Translations under genes and position numbers: made by a program
The notes under the pieces: generated by a model
What the model saw: the letters and a program-made list of their open reading frames with translations, nothing else
The model's database searches: none
Told to the model about the DNA's origin: nothing
In this document: positions 53,804 to 64,000 of the stretch, in pieces
Layout: each line of letters opens with the position of its first letter
Position numbering within the stretch: the first letter of the stretch is position 1
NCBI GenBank assembly: GCA_051117555.1
Contig: JBNPEG010000132.1
Coordinates: 1,007 to 65,006, forward strand
Reading direction: 5' to 3'
Source of the DNA: Elainellaceae cyanobacterium
GTDB lineage: Bacteria > Cyanobacteriota > Cyanobacteriia > CAZCXK01
DNA: 64,000 nucleotides

Positions 53804-54829
53804 CTAATCGGCCATAATCAGGTTTCCTGTGCCGCTACCAACCTCTCCAATGGGATACGCTGCGATGTTTTCTGACTCAAACCAGCGGATTGCCTGCTCA
53901 AGGTGATCGGGAGAGATGAGAATGACGAATCCGATTCCCATATTGAAGGTTTCTAGCATATCGGCCTGAGTCACGTTGCCAATTTCTGCAATCCAATGAA
54001 AGATTGGCAAGACTGGCCAGCTTTTGGGATATAGCTGAAGCGATTGATGCTCACCGAGACACCGGGGCAGGTTTTCGGGAAGCCCGCCTCCGGTGATATG
54101 TGCCATGCCGTGAATATTTAGCCCCTGTTGACGCGCAGCCAGCACTGGTTTTACGTATATTTGGGTGGGCGTTAGCAGCGTTTCTCCCAGAGTTTTGCCT
54201 CCTAAATGGGGCGGGCGATCGCCCAAGCTCACCCCTGTCTCATCAATGATTTTTCGTACCAGGCTAAACCCATTGCTGTGTACCCCTTGACTGGCTAGCC
54301 CGATGGCAATATCCCCCCTATTGACCTGAGAGCCGTCTAAAATCTTGCGTTTTTCAACGATGCCTACACAGAACCCTGCCAGGTCGTAGTCTCCGGGCTG
54401 ATAAAACCCTGGCATTTCCGCCGTTTCTCCACCCAGCAAGGCGCACCCTGCCAGACGGCATCCCGTAGTAATCCCCGAGACGACTTGAGTAAGCTGCTCA
54501 GGATTGAGATCGCTCGTGGCGATATAGTCCAGAAAGAACAGTGGTTCTGCGCCGCACGTCAGCACATCGTTGACGCACATCGCCACGAGATCGATGCCAA
54601 CCGTGTCGTGGCGATCGAGTTGATGCGCCAGTTTGAGTTTGGTACCTACTCCGTCCGTCCCCGATACCAAGACGGGTTCATCGTAGCCTCCTGGAAGTTG
54701 AAACAGTCCGCTAAAGCTTCCGAAAGCACCGATCACCCCTGGGCGATTGGTGCTTTCGACCATCTGACGAATCCGTTGGACGAAATTTCGCCCTGCTTCG
54801 ATATCAACTCCAGCCTCTCGATAGTCCAT
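53804..54829 (-). CDS. purM: Phosphoribosylformylglycinamidine cyclo-ligase
   Basis: [27 protein letters not shown]. Confidence 0.97.
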   Translation of the reverse strand: MDYREAGVDIEAGRNFVQRIRQMVESTNRPGVIGAFGSFSGLFQLPGGYDEPVLVSGTDGVGTKLKLAHQLDRHDTVGIDLVAMCVNDVLTCGAEPLFFLDYIATSDLNPEQLTQVVSGITTGCRLAGCALLGGETAEMPGFYQPGDYDLAGFCVGIVEKRKILDGSQVNRGDIAIGLASQGVHSNGFSLVRKIIDETGVSLGDRPPHLGGKTLGETLLTPTQIYVKPVLAARQQGLNIHGMAHITGGGLPENLPRCLGEHQSLQLYPKSWPVLPIFHWIAEIGNVTQADMLETFNMGIGFVILISPDHLEQAIRWFESENIAAYPIGEVGSGTGNLIMAD

Positions 54830-54987
54830 AATGGCGCGTTTCTACGGGTAGCAAAGGACGGATGTATTGTACCTGGAAGCACGAGCGATCGCCCCTATCA
54901 TGCCCTAGTTCCTGCTGATAAAAAGCAGGACGACCTGACTGATCATCCTGCTCAAGGCGTCTAAATCTGGGTGATTTAGCCAACAAA

Positions 54988-55500
54988 TTATCCTTGGATC
55001 TCTAATCTGCGCTCAATCTCTTGCTGGAGAGTTTGATCCGTCTGAGCAATTTCAACGATTTCATCGAAGCGCTCAACCTCCATTCCCTGAGCTTCAATGG
55101 CATCGCGCATTCTCGACCGAGCGCTGTCTTGAATATCAGCAATCTGAGTGAGAGCACGCTGAAAGTCAGCCAATTCACTATCAGAGACGTCAGGGCTTGC
55201 CTCTGCTTCGGGATCGCGCTGAGTTTCGAGAATTTCGCCAAATCGCTGCGGGGTGAGGCCCTCAGCTTCGATTACAGTGACTGCTTCTTGGCGAGCATCT
55301 GCCCGAATCGATTCCATTTGCACCACAGCAGTGATGAATTGGTCAAGTTCTTCGTCACTAACGGCAGACGGCTCACTCTGCTGAGCTATCAGTTCCCCAG
55401 AAGACGTTAGCGCTGGGGTTTGTTCTTGAGCATATGCAGGCAAGCTTACTCCGAGGAGCAACATCAGAATAGATCCATGAATCACAAATTGCTTTAACAT
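54988..55500 (-). CDS. DUF4168-family exported protein
   Basis: Signal peptide, VSDEELDQF/VSDSELADF duplicated domain, GLTPQRF/GMEVERF. Confidence 0.8.
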   Translation of the reverse strand: MLKQFVIHGSILMLLLGVSLPAYAQEQTPALTSSGELIAQQSEPSAVSDEELDQFITAVVQMESIRADARQEAVTVIEAEGLTPQRFGEILETQRDPEAEASPDVSDSELADFQRALTQIADIQDSARSRMRDAIEAQGMEVERFDEIVEIAQTDQTLQQEIERRLEIQG

Positions 55501-55729
55501 GAGGTGTCTCTTAGTAACGACTTTAGCCACTGCCGACTTTGTCAGACCAGTCACGGATTGTAAAGCCAAATCCGTAGAGCCTAGGTTTATGGTAAGGGGA
55601 ATGGAGATGAATTGATGATCTTGCAAAAGATTTGCACTCGTCATTTTGATTGAGTGATAACCGACTCACCATAGAATGGTTCTCGGCACATCTTATTGTA
55701 AATTTCTCAGTTTTAGGACTGAACAACTC

Positions 55730-56488
55730 GTGAAATTATTTGTTTTCCATACTCCCGAACTCGTCCCGATTGGAAATGTTCCTGATTGTGCGATCGCCAT
55801 TGATGTCTTGCGAGCCACCACAACGATTGCATCTGCGTTAACGAATGGCGCCGAAGCAGTTCAGGCATTTAGCAATATTGATACGTTGATGCGAGTCAGT
55901 GAGAAGTGGTCTGCCGAGACGCGAGTTCGAGCCGGAGAAAGAGGAGGCGCTAAGATTGATGGATGCGATTTGGGGAATTCGCCCTTAGAGTGCACGCCAG
56001 ACCAAGTCAAAGGGCGACGCCTATTTATCAGTACGACCAACGGCACACGATGTCTAGAAAGAATTCAAGATGCATCAGTTGTATTAACAGCTGCGTTGGT
56101 TAACCGCAGCGCAGCTGTGACGTATCTACTTGAGCATCGCCCCGAAACGGTTTGGCTCGTCGGCTCAGGATGGGAAGGAAGCTATTCGCTCGAAGACACG
56201 GTATGTGGAGGAGCGATCGCCCATAGTTTAAGCAGTCGTCTATCAGCGCTAACCGGAGAACACGAGGTCGATATCGCGGGGAACGATGAAGTGACCGGGG
56301 CTATTTCTTTATATCGTCAATGGCAGGATCGGTTACTCGACCTGATGTGCCACGCGAGTCACGGTAAACGATTATTGCGCCTCAATTGTACCGATGATTT
56401 AAAGTACTGCGCTCAAATGGATATACTCAGCACGCTGCCAATTCAGAAAGAGCCTGGGGTATTGGTCAACAGCGAAGCTATCAAGTAA
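55730..56488 (+). CDS. comB: 2-phosphosulfolactate phosphatase family protein
   Basis: [28 protein letters not shown]. Confidence 0.9.
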   Translation: MKLFVFHTPELVPIGNVPDCAIAIDVLRATTTIASALTNGAEAVQAFSNIDTLMRVSEKWSAETRVRAGERGGAKIDGCDLGNSPLECTPDQVKGRRLFISTTNGTRCLERIQDASVVLTAALVNRSAAVTYLLEHRPETVWLVGSGWEGSYSLEDTVCGGAIAHSLSSRLSALTGEHEVDIAGNDEVTGAISLYRQWQDRLLDLMCHASHGKRLLRLNCTDDLKYCAQMDILSTLPIQKEPGVLVNSEAIK

Positions 56489-56613
56489 GAATGAGCGCAC
56501 CACAAATGCATTCAACGGCTTGCATAAAATGGGTATCTTGACTGCCATCATTCAGACAATCGAGATGCCCATATCGTATAGATCGAAGCGCTTAAATCGA
56601 AGCGCTTACATGA

Positions 56614-58041
56614 TCACCTCAGTCTCGACAGTTCTCGAATCGTATTTCGATAGCCCTGTGCTTGTCCGCGCTGACGATAGAGATCGCCCGCCTGTTGAAA
56701 ATCAGCCATCGCTGCATTGCGATCGCCCATCCTAGCGCGAATCAATCCTCGACCATAGTAGGCATCAGCATTTTGGTCATTTAGTTGAATGGCTTGGTTA
56801 TAATCCTCAAGAGCGCCTTGAGTATCGCCTTGGCTCAGTCGGATATCGCCTCGATGCTGATACGCTGCATCACTAGGATTGAGGCGAATGGTTTGGCTAT
56901 AGTCTTGCAGTGCTTGCGATCGCTGATCGAGGGCTAGATGGGCATCGGCACGACCTTGATAGGCTTGAGCATAATTTGAGTTAAGGGTAATTGCCTGCGT
57001 GTAGTCGTCGATTGCTCCCGTATAATCATCAAGCTCAGCCCTCAGGTCGCCTCGGGCTCTGTAGGCTTCAGCGTAGTTTGGATCAATGGCGATCGCCTGG
57101 TTGTAATCGGTCATGGCTTGTCGGCGATCGCCTACAGATGCCCAGATAATCCCTCGATTCAGATAAGCCTCTGCATAGTCAGGCTGCCTGTCAATGGCAT
57201 CATCAAAGTCATCAACGGCGTCTGAATATTCGCCCATCGCAGCGGAGACGATACCTCGATGAAAATACGCAGGAGCGAGATCATTGTTTTCTCGCACGGC
57301 TTGATCGAGATCGGACATGGCGGCCTCTAGATTGCCCGCCTGATAATGAGCCGTGCCTCGGCCCAGATAGGCAGGCGCATAGTCAGGATTGAGCTCAACA
57401 GCGTGATCAAAGTCTGCTATGGCTTGGTCATACTGATCGACGGCCAGATGGGCAGTGCCCCGATGGGTATAGGCTTCGGTATACTCTGGGCGACGCTGAA
57501 TGGCCTGATTAAAGTCCGCCATCGCAGAACTCGGATCGCCCACTGACACTTGAACAATACCTCGATAGAGATAGGCAGTCGCATCGTCGGGCTCAAGCTG
57601 GAGTGCCTGGTTTAAATCAGCGATCGCAGATGATCTATCCCCAGTCTGATAATACGCAATGCCTCGATTTCGATAGGCATCTGCATTGTTTGGGTCAAGC
57701 TGAATAGCCTGATCAAAATCAGCGATCGCACTTTGGTAATTGCCTAGAGCAGCGCGGGCAAACCCTCGATTGGCATATGCATCGGCATAATTTGAATCAA
57801 GCGCGATCGCCTGACTAAAGTCTTCAATTGCATCTTCATAGTCTTCTTTTTGCAGCTCGTCGATGCCGTCTGCATAAAACTCATTGGCGCTAGTCTGCGC
57901 GATTAGTACATCAGAGCGTTCAGCAAACGCCGCAGTCGGCAGCGCAAAGCTGGCGGTGAGAATGCTCACCGTAGTGACGATTTGGTAGACGGAACCCATA
58001 CCCTTTCTCCCAGGATTTTGCTTCCTGTGACGAACGTTCAC
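56614..58041 (-). CDS. Exported TPR protein
   Basis: Signal peptide followed by about 12 AY.NRG..AIADF-type TPRs. Confidence 0.9.
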   Translation of the reverse strand: MNVRHRKQNPGRKGMGSVYQIVTTVSILTASFALPTAAFAERSDVLIAQTSANEFYADGIDELQKEDYEDAIEDFSQAIALDSNYADAYANRGFARAALGNYQSAIADFDQAIQLDPNNADAYRNRGIAYYQTGDRSSAIADLNQALQLEPDDATAYLYRGIVQVSVGDPSSAMADFNQAIQRRPEYTEAYTHRGTAHLAVDQYDQAIADFDHAVELNPDYAPAYLGRGTAHYQAGNLEAAMSDLDQAVRENNDLAPAYFHRGIVSAAMGEYSDAVDDFDDAIDRQPDYAEAYLNRGIIWASVGDRRQAMTDYNQAIAIDPNYAEAYRARGDLRAELDDYTGAIDDYTQAITLNSNYAQAYQGRADAHLALDQRSQALQDYSQTIRLNPSDAAYQHRGDIRLSQGDTQGALEDYNQAIQLNDQNADAYYGRGLIRARMGDRNAAMADFQQAGDLYRQRGQAQGYRNTIRELSRLR

Positions 58042-58055
58042 CCCATTAAGTTTCC

Positions 58056-59789
58056 TCAGATCGATTTTCCAGTGAGCAGGACTTTGGTTTCTGATTCGCC
58101 AACATTGCGAAGATGCCGAGTTAACCCTATGCTCAAAAGACCTAGAATGCCGAGTTGGGCAACAAAGGCCGTTACAATCGCAGATGCAGATACGCTATTT
58201 AAGACCAACCACGGGAACACGCTAAACAGCCACAACTCCGCGAAAGGAAAAATTTTAGAACTGATCAGAATGATAAAAAACGGGGCAACGATGGCTGAGA
58301 ACACGCATCCAACGCTCCACGCTATTCGTCGCGATGTTCTCATGCTCAGCGCGATTTGAGCGATCGCCGCGTAGATGAGCAGCATCATGCTCGTCAGCGC
58401 TAGACCCGCGATGATTTTTTCTAAGCTAAACAGGTCATGTAGCCTCCACACCAAGAACGGGGTTGTCATGCTCAGAATGATCGCAAGCTGGAGGGCGATC
58501 GCCATCAGCGCAGGGCTTTTATCCCCCCAAAGCAAATCTTGAATGAGAGCAGGACTGATTCGTAGCCTGGGCTTGCGAACCTGCTCACGGCGATAGCGTG
58601 ACCAATCGAGCAGCGTTTGCCGATGGGGTGACAACGCCGCAGTCAGCCCCATTACCAGGATCGAATTCAAAATAAACACGAAGGAAAAGTTGCTAATGTC
58701 AATCTGGCGTTGCTGGAGTGGATCGGAAACAATGGCATTAGGCTGCACGATAAATCCTAGAATTAGCAGCTCAAAGCAGCACACCAGCCCATAGCTATCG
58801 CGTTTGGTTAACAATGTAGCGTTTGGGCTGTTAAAGCATCGCTCTAGACTTTTCCACACCCAGTAATTGATCACGCTGTAATTGATAATCATGAACCCTG
58901 CTGCCCCAACCACCGTTGCGCCAATGGGCAGATAAAACCAGTGACTATCAAACTCAAAATATGACCAGATAGAATGCACGAGCGTCAACTGATCGATTTT
59001 CTCTCTTAGATTGGCACCGAGAGCCAGATGGGGCGTCAGCATAACCGGGTTAAACAAATTAAACCAATGCACTACGCCATAATCACTCGCTGCGCTAATT
59101 ACGCTAAAGAAGAACAGGCCAATTCCAGCCGTGGCGCTGCCAATCCAGGGTTGCACACTACTGAGCCACGGAGTCGCAAGACTAAACAGCATCGCCATAC
59201 TGTAGAACATATGCAGTCCGGCGATCGCCACAAGGTCAAACAGCAGAATGAGATAGCCCGGAATGCCAGCCGACAATCCGGCCCAAATCTGAAGCGGCAA
59301 CGTCAATCCTATGACCCAGTAAAGAAGGATGGGCACTCCTAGCATCTTGCCGATCAAAATGTTTCGGGTCGACGACGGGCTAAGCCGAATGAAGTTGAGC
59401 GTGCCCTGTCGGTCTTCACGGTGCAGGTCGCCAATCAGGAGATAGACTCCCATGATCACCAAAATAAAAAAGCCAGTCAGGCTCAGGTCATGGAATATAT
59501 CAAACCACCACAGCGACTCGTTAATCATAAAATTACCAGAGGCATCTCTAAGACATTCATGGTACGTGCCGTAGGGTTGTACCATCCTCCCTGTGCAGTA
59601 CAGGCTCGTAATGGTCTCCACAGAACGTTGAGGAGATGGCAGCTTTCCGTAGCTAGCTGTCATAAATAAGAGCTGAAAAACCAGGGAAATCCCGATGCTC
59701 AGTAAAATACCCGCAGGCTTTAGCCGTCCTTTAAGTTCTCGAAGCAGTTGAGGATTCCAATCACCGAGCTTGTTCAATACAGTGTTCAT
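58056..59789 (-). CDS. ABC-2-type permease-like membrane protein
   Basis: WNPQLLRELKGR, EDRQGTLNFIRLSP, GKMLG; follows the ABC ATPase. Confidence 0.8.
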   Translation of the reverse strand: MNTVLNKLGDWNPQLLRELKGRLKPAGILLSIGISLVFQLLFMTASYGKLPSPQRSVETITSLYCTGRMVQPYGTYHECLRDASGNFMINESLWWFDIFHDLSLTGFFILVIMGVYLLIGDLHREDRQGTLNFIRLSPSSTRNILIGKMLGVPILLYWVIGLTLPLQIWAGLSAGIPGYLILLFDLVAIAGLHMFYSMAMLFSLATPWLSSVQPWIGSATAGIGLFFFSVISAASDYGVVHWFNLFNPVMLTPHLALGANLREKIDQLTLVHSIWSYFEFDSHWFYLPIGATVVGAAGFMIINYSVINYWVWKSLERCFNSPNATLLTKRDSYGLVCCFELLILGFIVQPNAIVSDPLQQRQIDISNFSFVFILNSILVMGLTAALSPHRQTLLDWSRYRREQVRKPRLRISPALIQDLLWGDKSPALMAIALQLAIILSMTTPFLVWRLHDLFSLEKIIAGLALTSMMLLIYAAIAQIALSMRTSRRIAWSVGCVFSAIVAPFFIILISSKIFPFAELWLFSVFPWLVLNSVSASAIVTAFVAQLGILGLLSIGLTRHLRNVGESETKVLLTGKSI

Positions 59790-59886
59790 AGGTCAGTGGA
59801 AGGGTGAAGGAGTGTTTTCATCGTGTCATTGGAGGCGTTAGGGCAGAAAGATGCGCCTGCTGAGGAGCCGGTAGCAAACGGCAGAT

Positions 59887-59940
59887 GTAGGGTGCTGTAT
59901 AGCCTTTCAGGCATGGCTACAAGCGCCAGCGTTACGCGCC
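59887..59940. repeat. GTAG REP-like dispersed repeat, copy 1
   Basis: GTAGGGTGCTGTATAGCCTTTCAGGCATGGCTAC...AGCGCCAGCG. Confidence 0.8.
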
Positions 59941-59951
59941 TCCACGAGGTC

Positions 59952-60950
59952 TTATGACGCTTGTTGATGCCCTAGATTTAAGAAAATTTGTTCGAGGTTG
60001 TCTTGAGTGCAGTGAAATTCGTGAATTGGAATGCCTGAGCTAACGAGCGATCGCAGCAGGTGCGCCGCATCATCAGGGGTTCCTGAAAAATGGACTTTAA
60101 CCTGCTGCGTTCCAGGTAGATGTTCCCATCGTTGGACGTGGGGATGATCGGAAAGTTCGCCATTTAACGCGCCATTTAGCGCGCCATTTAACGCGCTATC
60201 CAACGCACTATCCAACGCACTGACATCACCCAGGGTCGAAATCAAGATCTGTTGACGACTCAGACGACGATACAAGTCAGCGAGGGGGGCACTCTCGACT
60301 AAATAACCCAGTTCCATAATGCCGATAGAGGTGCACAGTTCTGCCAGATCGCTCAACACGTGAGACGAAATTAAAATTGTCATTCCGGCTTCTTGCAATG
60401 TTTTGATCGTGTCTCGAAACTGCGTTCGAGCGATGGGGTCAAGTCCAGAAACGGGTTCGTCTAGCAGCAGCAAAATAGGTTCATGAATGACCGTTCTCGC
60501 AAGACTCAATCGCTGCTTCATCCCTCGTGACAGTGTAGAAATCAGACTGTGTCGCTTATGAGAAAGCTGCACCAGTTCTAGCACATCGCGAATTCGGCGC
60601 TCTCGGCGGGGGGAACGGAGGTGATAAAGCCGAGCAAAATAGTCTAGATAATCCCAAACGGTGAGGTCATCATAGACTGGAAAATCTTCGGGAAGATACC
60701 CTAGGTGGCGATTGAGGGTGGGCTGAGTGCGATCGCGCGATAGACGCTCTCCATTGATAAAAATGTCGCCTACCGTGGGTTCTTCTGCCGCTGCCAGCAT
60801 TCGAATCAAGGTGGTTTTTCCAGCACCATTGGGGCCAATCAGCCCATAGACTTCGCCAGTTGCAACATCTAAATCAACATTGTGAACGGCGAACTTCCGG
60901 TCAAATCGCTTAGTTAACCCGCGCGTGTAAATTGCTAACTCTCGTGCCAT
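59952..60950 (-). CDS. ABC transporter ATP-binding protein
   Basis: GPNGAGKT, LSRGMKQR, LLDEP, SSH. Confidence 0.93.
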   Translation of the reverse strand: MARELAIYTRGLTKRFDRKFAVHNVDLDVATGEVYGLIGPNGAGKTTLIRMLAAAEEPTVGDIFINGERLSRDRTQPTLNRHLGYLPEDFPVYDDLTVWDYLDYFARLYHLRSPRRERRIRDVLELVQLSHKRHSLISTLSRGMKQRLSLARTVIHEPILLLLDEPVSGLDPIARTQFRDTIKTLQEAGMTILISSHVLSDLAELCTSIGIMELGYLVESAPLADLYRRLSRQQILISTLGDVSALDSALDSALNGALNGALNGELSDHPHVQRWEHLPGTQQVKVHFSGTPDDAAHLLRSLVSSGIPIHEFHCTQDNLEQIFLNLGHQQAS

Positions 60951-61041
60951 GCCCTTTATCTCTGGGTGGGTTATCCGCTAGAGTAGCCCCTCCAAATCAC
61001 ATTCAGCCAGTGAAATGTTGACAATTTTCCAGGTGGATATT

Positions 61042-61110
61042 GGAAGGCGGAAAGCTGAGGACGGAAGGCGGAAAGCTGAGGACGGAAGGCGGAAGGCAGA
61101 AGGCGGAGGC
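61042..61110. repeat. Heptamer-based array (21-bp unit x2 plus GGAAGGC units)
   Basis: GGAAGGCGGAAAGCTGAGGAC x2, then GGAAGGC GGAAGGC AGAAGGC. Confidence 0.9.
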
Positions 61111-61115
61111 CCGAA

Positions 61116-61173
61116 GTAGGTTGCTGTATAGCCTTTCAGGCATGGCTACGCTAAAGCGCCAGCGGAACGCACC
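61116..61173. repeat. GTAG REP-like dispersed repeat, copy 2
   Basis: GTAGGTTGCTGTATAGCCTTTCAGGCATGGCTAC...AGCGCCAGCG. Confidence 0.8.
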
Positions 61174-61183
61174 CGTATGGCTG

Positions 61184-62566
61184 TTATTCTTTGCCAGCCA
61201 CATTAATGCGATCGCTCAGTTGACGAACCGTACGTGCCAATTCAGGATCAGACTTGATGTGTTGAGAAATCTTCTCGCAGCTATACATCACGGTGGTGTG
61301 GTCTTTTCCGCCAAACATCTCCCCAATCTTGGGCAAACTCAGGTCTGTATGCTGCCGCATGAGATACATGCCAATTTGGCGAGCGCTGCTAATTTCTCGA
61401 CGCCGAGAGCTACTTTTGAGATCGTCAATTGAAATGTTGAGTGTATCTGCAACCGTTGCAATCACGGCTTCTGGAGAGGCTTCAACCTGCTCAACAGGCG
61501 GGTTGAGCACAGTTGCGATATTTTCCACCGTCATCGGCAGTCCTGAAATGGAGATATAAGCAACGGCTCGGATCAATGCGCCTTCTAACTCTCGGATATT
61601 AGAGGTGTAGCGGGCGGCGATGAATTCGATGACGCTGCGGGGCAAACGCATGTTGTCATATTCTGCCTTTTTTTGAAGAATCGCCATCCGCGTTTCTAGA
61701 TCGGGCGGTTGGATATCGGCAATCAGCCCCATCGAAAAGCGAGAACAGAGTCGCTCTTGCAGTCGAGGAATCTGACTGGGGGGGCGATCGCTCGCCAAAA
61801 CCACCTGTTTTCCGGTTTCATGCAGCGTGTTGAAGGTATGAAAGAATTCTTCTTGGGTATATTCTTTGCCTTCAATAAATTGAATATCATCCACGAGCAA
61901 AACATCGACCGCGCGATAATGATCGCGAAAGCTTTGCATGCTGTCTTTACGAATCGCACCGATCAGATCATTCGTAAATTTTTCTGTCGAAACATAAAAG
62001 ATTTTGGCATTTGGATCTATCTCGCTGCGGTAGTGCCCGATGGCTTGCATCAGATGAGTTTTACCTAGCCCCACACCGCCGCATAAAAACAGCGGATTAA
62101 ACTCTCGTCCTGGCGATTCTGCAACAGCCAGAGCAGCCGCGTGAGCCATCCGGCTATTGGCACCCACGACAAATCTCGAAAACACATACTTGGGGTTTAG
62201 ATCGGTCGGTTTCTTCTGCGGGTCAAGTCGAGAGGGGGGCAGATTTACCTCAAAGGATAAGGGCGTTGCCATGTCGGGGGTCTCAAACATGTCGGTTTCA
62301 TCTCCTTCTCCCGCCCTGACAAGAATTTCAATATCGACTCGGTGTCCCAAAATATCGTGGACGACGTCTTCAATAGCATTAATATAGTACTTTTGTATCC
62401 AGGTTCGCGCAAACGGATTGGGGGTGCAAAGCACCATTGACGTCTCATCCAATTGCTCGACTGTAGCCGTTTTAATCCAGGTTTCGAAGGTAGGGCGGCT
62501 CAACTGAAGTTGGAGACGCTCTAATACCTGATGCCAGAAATTATCTAGGGCAAGTTCCACTACCAT
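61184..62566 (-). CDS. dnaA: Chromosomal replication initiator DnaA
   Basis: [35 protein letters not shown]. Confidence 0.98.
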   Translation of the reverse strand: MVVELALDNFWHQVLERLQLQLSRPTFETWIKTATVEQLDETSMVLCTPNPFARTWIQKYYINAIEDVVHDILGHRVDIEILVRAGEGDETDMFETPDMATPLSFEVNLPPSRLDPQKKPTDLNPKYVFSRFVVGANSRMAHAAALAVAESPGREFNPLFLCGGVGLGKTHLMQAIGHYRSEIDPNAKIFYVSTEKFTNDLIGAIRKDSMQSFRDHYRAVDVLLVDDIQFIEGKEYTQEEFFHTFNTLHETGKQVVLASDRPPSQIPRLQERLCSRFSMGLIADIQPPDLETRMAILQKKAEYDNMRLPRSVIEFIAARYTSNIRELEGALIRAVAYISISGLPMTVENIATVLNPPVEQVEASPEAVIATVADTLNISIDDLKSSSRRREISSARQIGMYLMRQHTDLSLPKIGEMFGGKDHTTVMYSCEKISQHIKSDPELARTVRQLSDRINVAGKE

Positions 62567-62820
62567 ACCTCTACTGAAAACGACCAGAAGACACCCCTAT
62601 TCATAATGCCCCGCTCAGTGTATCAACTGGTCCATCAATCGTTAGGGACGTAATGATTAATCTATCTCGATGGTGAGATGCGGGATGTTAATACGCCACA
62701 AACAATCAACCCTTGGCCACACAGATAGAGTGCAACTTTGCTGTCCGGACTATCTAGAGTACTAGATAGAGTGCCTAACGCGCCATAAAGTTTTTTCTAA
62801 TCATACCCTCGCTCAATCGA

Positions 62821-63762
62821 TCAATCCACGCGCTCCAGTTGCCATAAAATTTGGTTGCCTTCACGCCGCACTCGCGACACAACCCAATTTCGCCAGACCC
62901 AATTATCGCCTCTGCTCGTAACTGCGCTGGCATTAATATCCATCAGGTCGGCGAGTTCTGAGCTGGTAATCAAATACCCCTGACGCGCAATTTCATCGGC
63001 CATGTGAAGCGTTTCGACTACGTTACGAAGCTGAGAGACTCTGACTTCGCGGGGAAGCTCAGAATCTTCTCCGGATTGAGACGGAAGTGTATCAACCATC
63101 GCTGGTTTTGAATTTTTAGGTTGGGAAGGGTTAAGTTCGGATTCTATCGTTTCTGGACGGTCGAGAGTAGTCTCAGATGTATCAAATGAGGAATCAAGAG
63201 ACGCTGATGTTGGATAATCAGTGGCCGAATGGGAAGAGACGCGATCGCCAACTGAGTCAACTGACACAGCAGTTTTGAGAATGGGAACCTGACCCGATGC
63301 AAACGCACGGGCGATCGCATCGCAGCGATCGTTACCAACATTGCCGCTATGCCCTCGCACATATCGCCAGCTTAGCGGCGTATCCAGTTGAGCATTAACC
63401 TGGCTGTTGAGGCGATCTAGGACCTGCCATAAATCTTGGTTGAGCACTGGCTTTCCGGCAGATGTTTTCCATTGCTTGCGTTTCCACCCGCTGAGCCATT
63501 TGGTAATGCCGTTTTTGACATATTCGCTGTCGGTGTAGAGCTCAATGGGGTCAGTTTGCCCTGATGCCACGATAAACTCTAGCGCGGCGATCGCCGCCTG
63601 CATCTCCATGCGGTTGTTGGTGGTCTGGGATGAGGCACCTCCCATTTCATGAACAGCACCGTCATCAAACTGAATTAACGCTCCCCACCCTCCGGGGCCC
63701 GGATTACCCGAACATGCGCCATCGGTATAGACGCACTGAATCGTTGTTGAAGAACCTGCCAT
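62821..63762 (-). CDS. rnhA: Ribonuclease HI with linker and extra C-terminal domain
   Basis: YTDGACSGNPGPGG, TTNNRME, TDSEY, NQDLW, GHSG..GNDRCD. Confidence 0.93.
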   Translation of the reverse strand: MAGSSTTIQCVYTDGACSGNPGPGGWGALIQFDDGAVHEMGGASSQTTNNRMEMQAAIAALEFIVASGQTDPIELYTDSEYVKNGITKWLSGWKRKQWKTSAGKPVLNQDLWQVLDRLNSQVNAQLDTPLSWRYVRGHSGNVGNDRCDAIARAFASGQVPILKTAVSVDSVGDRVSSHSATDYPTSASLDSSFDTSETTLDRPETIESELNPSQPKNSKPAMVDTLPSQSGEDSELPREVRVSQLRNVVETLHMADEIARQGYLITSSELADLMDINASAVTSRGDNWVWRNWVVSRVRREGNQILWQLERVD

Positions 63763-63907
63763 GGTGATCAAATCGGAAACATCTCTTAAGGAAAGATTAA
63801 AATCTGGCTGTTTCGAACGGTGATTTTCTAAACTTTCTTAGAGTAAGTACAAATGCTTATCAAAATATTAATTCTAGTGTCGGTTACGCGGTTTGAGATT
63901 CTCTGGG

Positions 63908-64000
63908 ATGAAACGAATTAGTGTTAAAGAACTTTTAGCAGCCTATGAAAAGGGTCAGCGAGAGTTTACTGAATTAGACTTAAGCGGAGCTGATTTATTT
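63908..64000 (+). CDS. Pentapeptide-repeat protein, 5' part (runs off the window)
   Basis: MKRISVKELLAAYEKGQREFTELDLSGADLF, the same cap type as 52648-53238. Confidence 0.75.
   Translation, partial: MKRISVKELLAAYEKGQREFTELDLSGADLF

Noticed and set aside
61003..61432. ORFs with EGGKLRT or PPSVLSF repeats
   Set aside because: They are translations of the heptamer array and of the dnaA antisense strand.
60951..62820. oriC next to dnaA
   Set aside because: No cluster of TT(A/T)TCCACA boxes seen and no dnaN.

Overview
Mostly housekeeping chromosomal window from a cyanobacterium. Evidence for that: dozens of HIP1 GCGATCGC octamers, the Yfr1 sRNA between guaB and trxA, clpR-clpP, a GUN4 gene and pentapeptide-repeat proteins. 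Recognisable genes include ahcY, hemW, guaB, trxA, ileS, clpS/clpP/clpR, frmA, ftsH, hup, purM, comB, dnaA and rnhA. I saw no CRISPR array, rRNA, tRNA, prophage or intact transposase. Most notable items: (1) an unannotated tandem pair of homologous ~85-nt units divergent from hup, each with a matching promoter-like motif and its own terminator (candidate sRNA family); (2) a PlsY-like membrane domain fused to an RPH/PigC-type dikinase and followed by a HAD hydrolase (possible uncharacterised lipid activation/acylation module); (3) a GAF pseudo-histidine kinase with Gln in place of the phospho-His; (4) a TPR gene built from near-identical 120-bp units; (5) several MITE families, one with clean TWA target duplications; (6) a frameshifted dacB; (7) many unrelated short tandem duplications. 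All calls come from reading motifs by eye; no searches were run.
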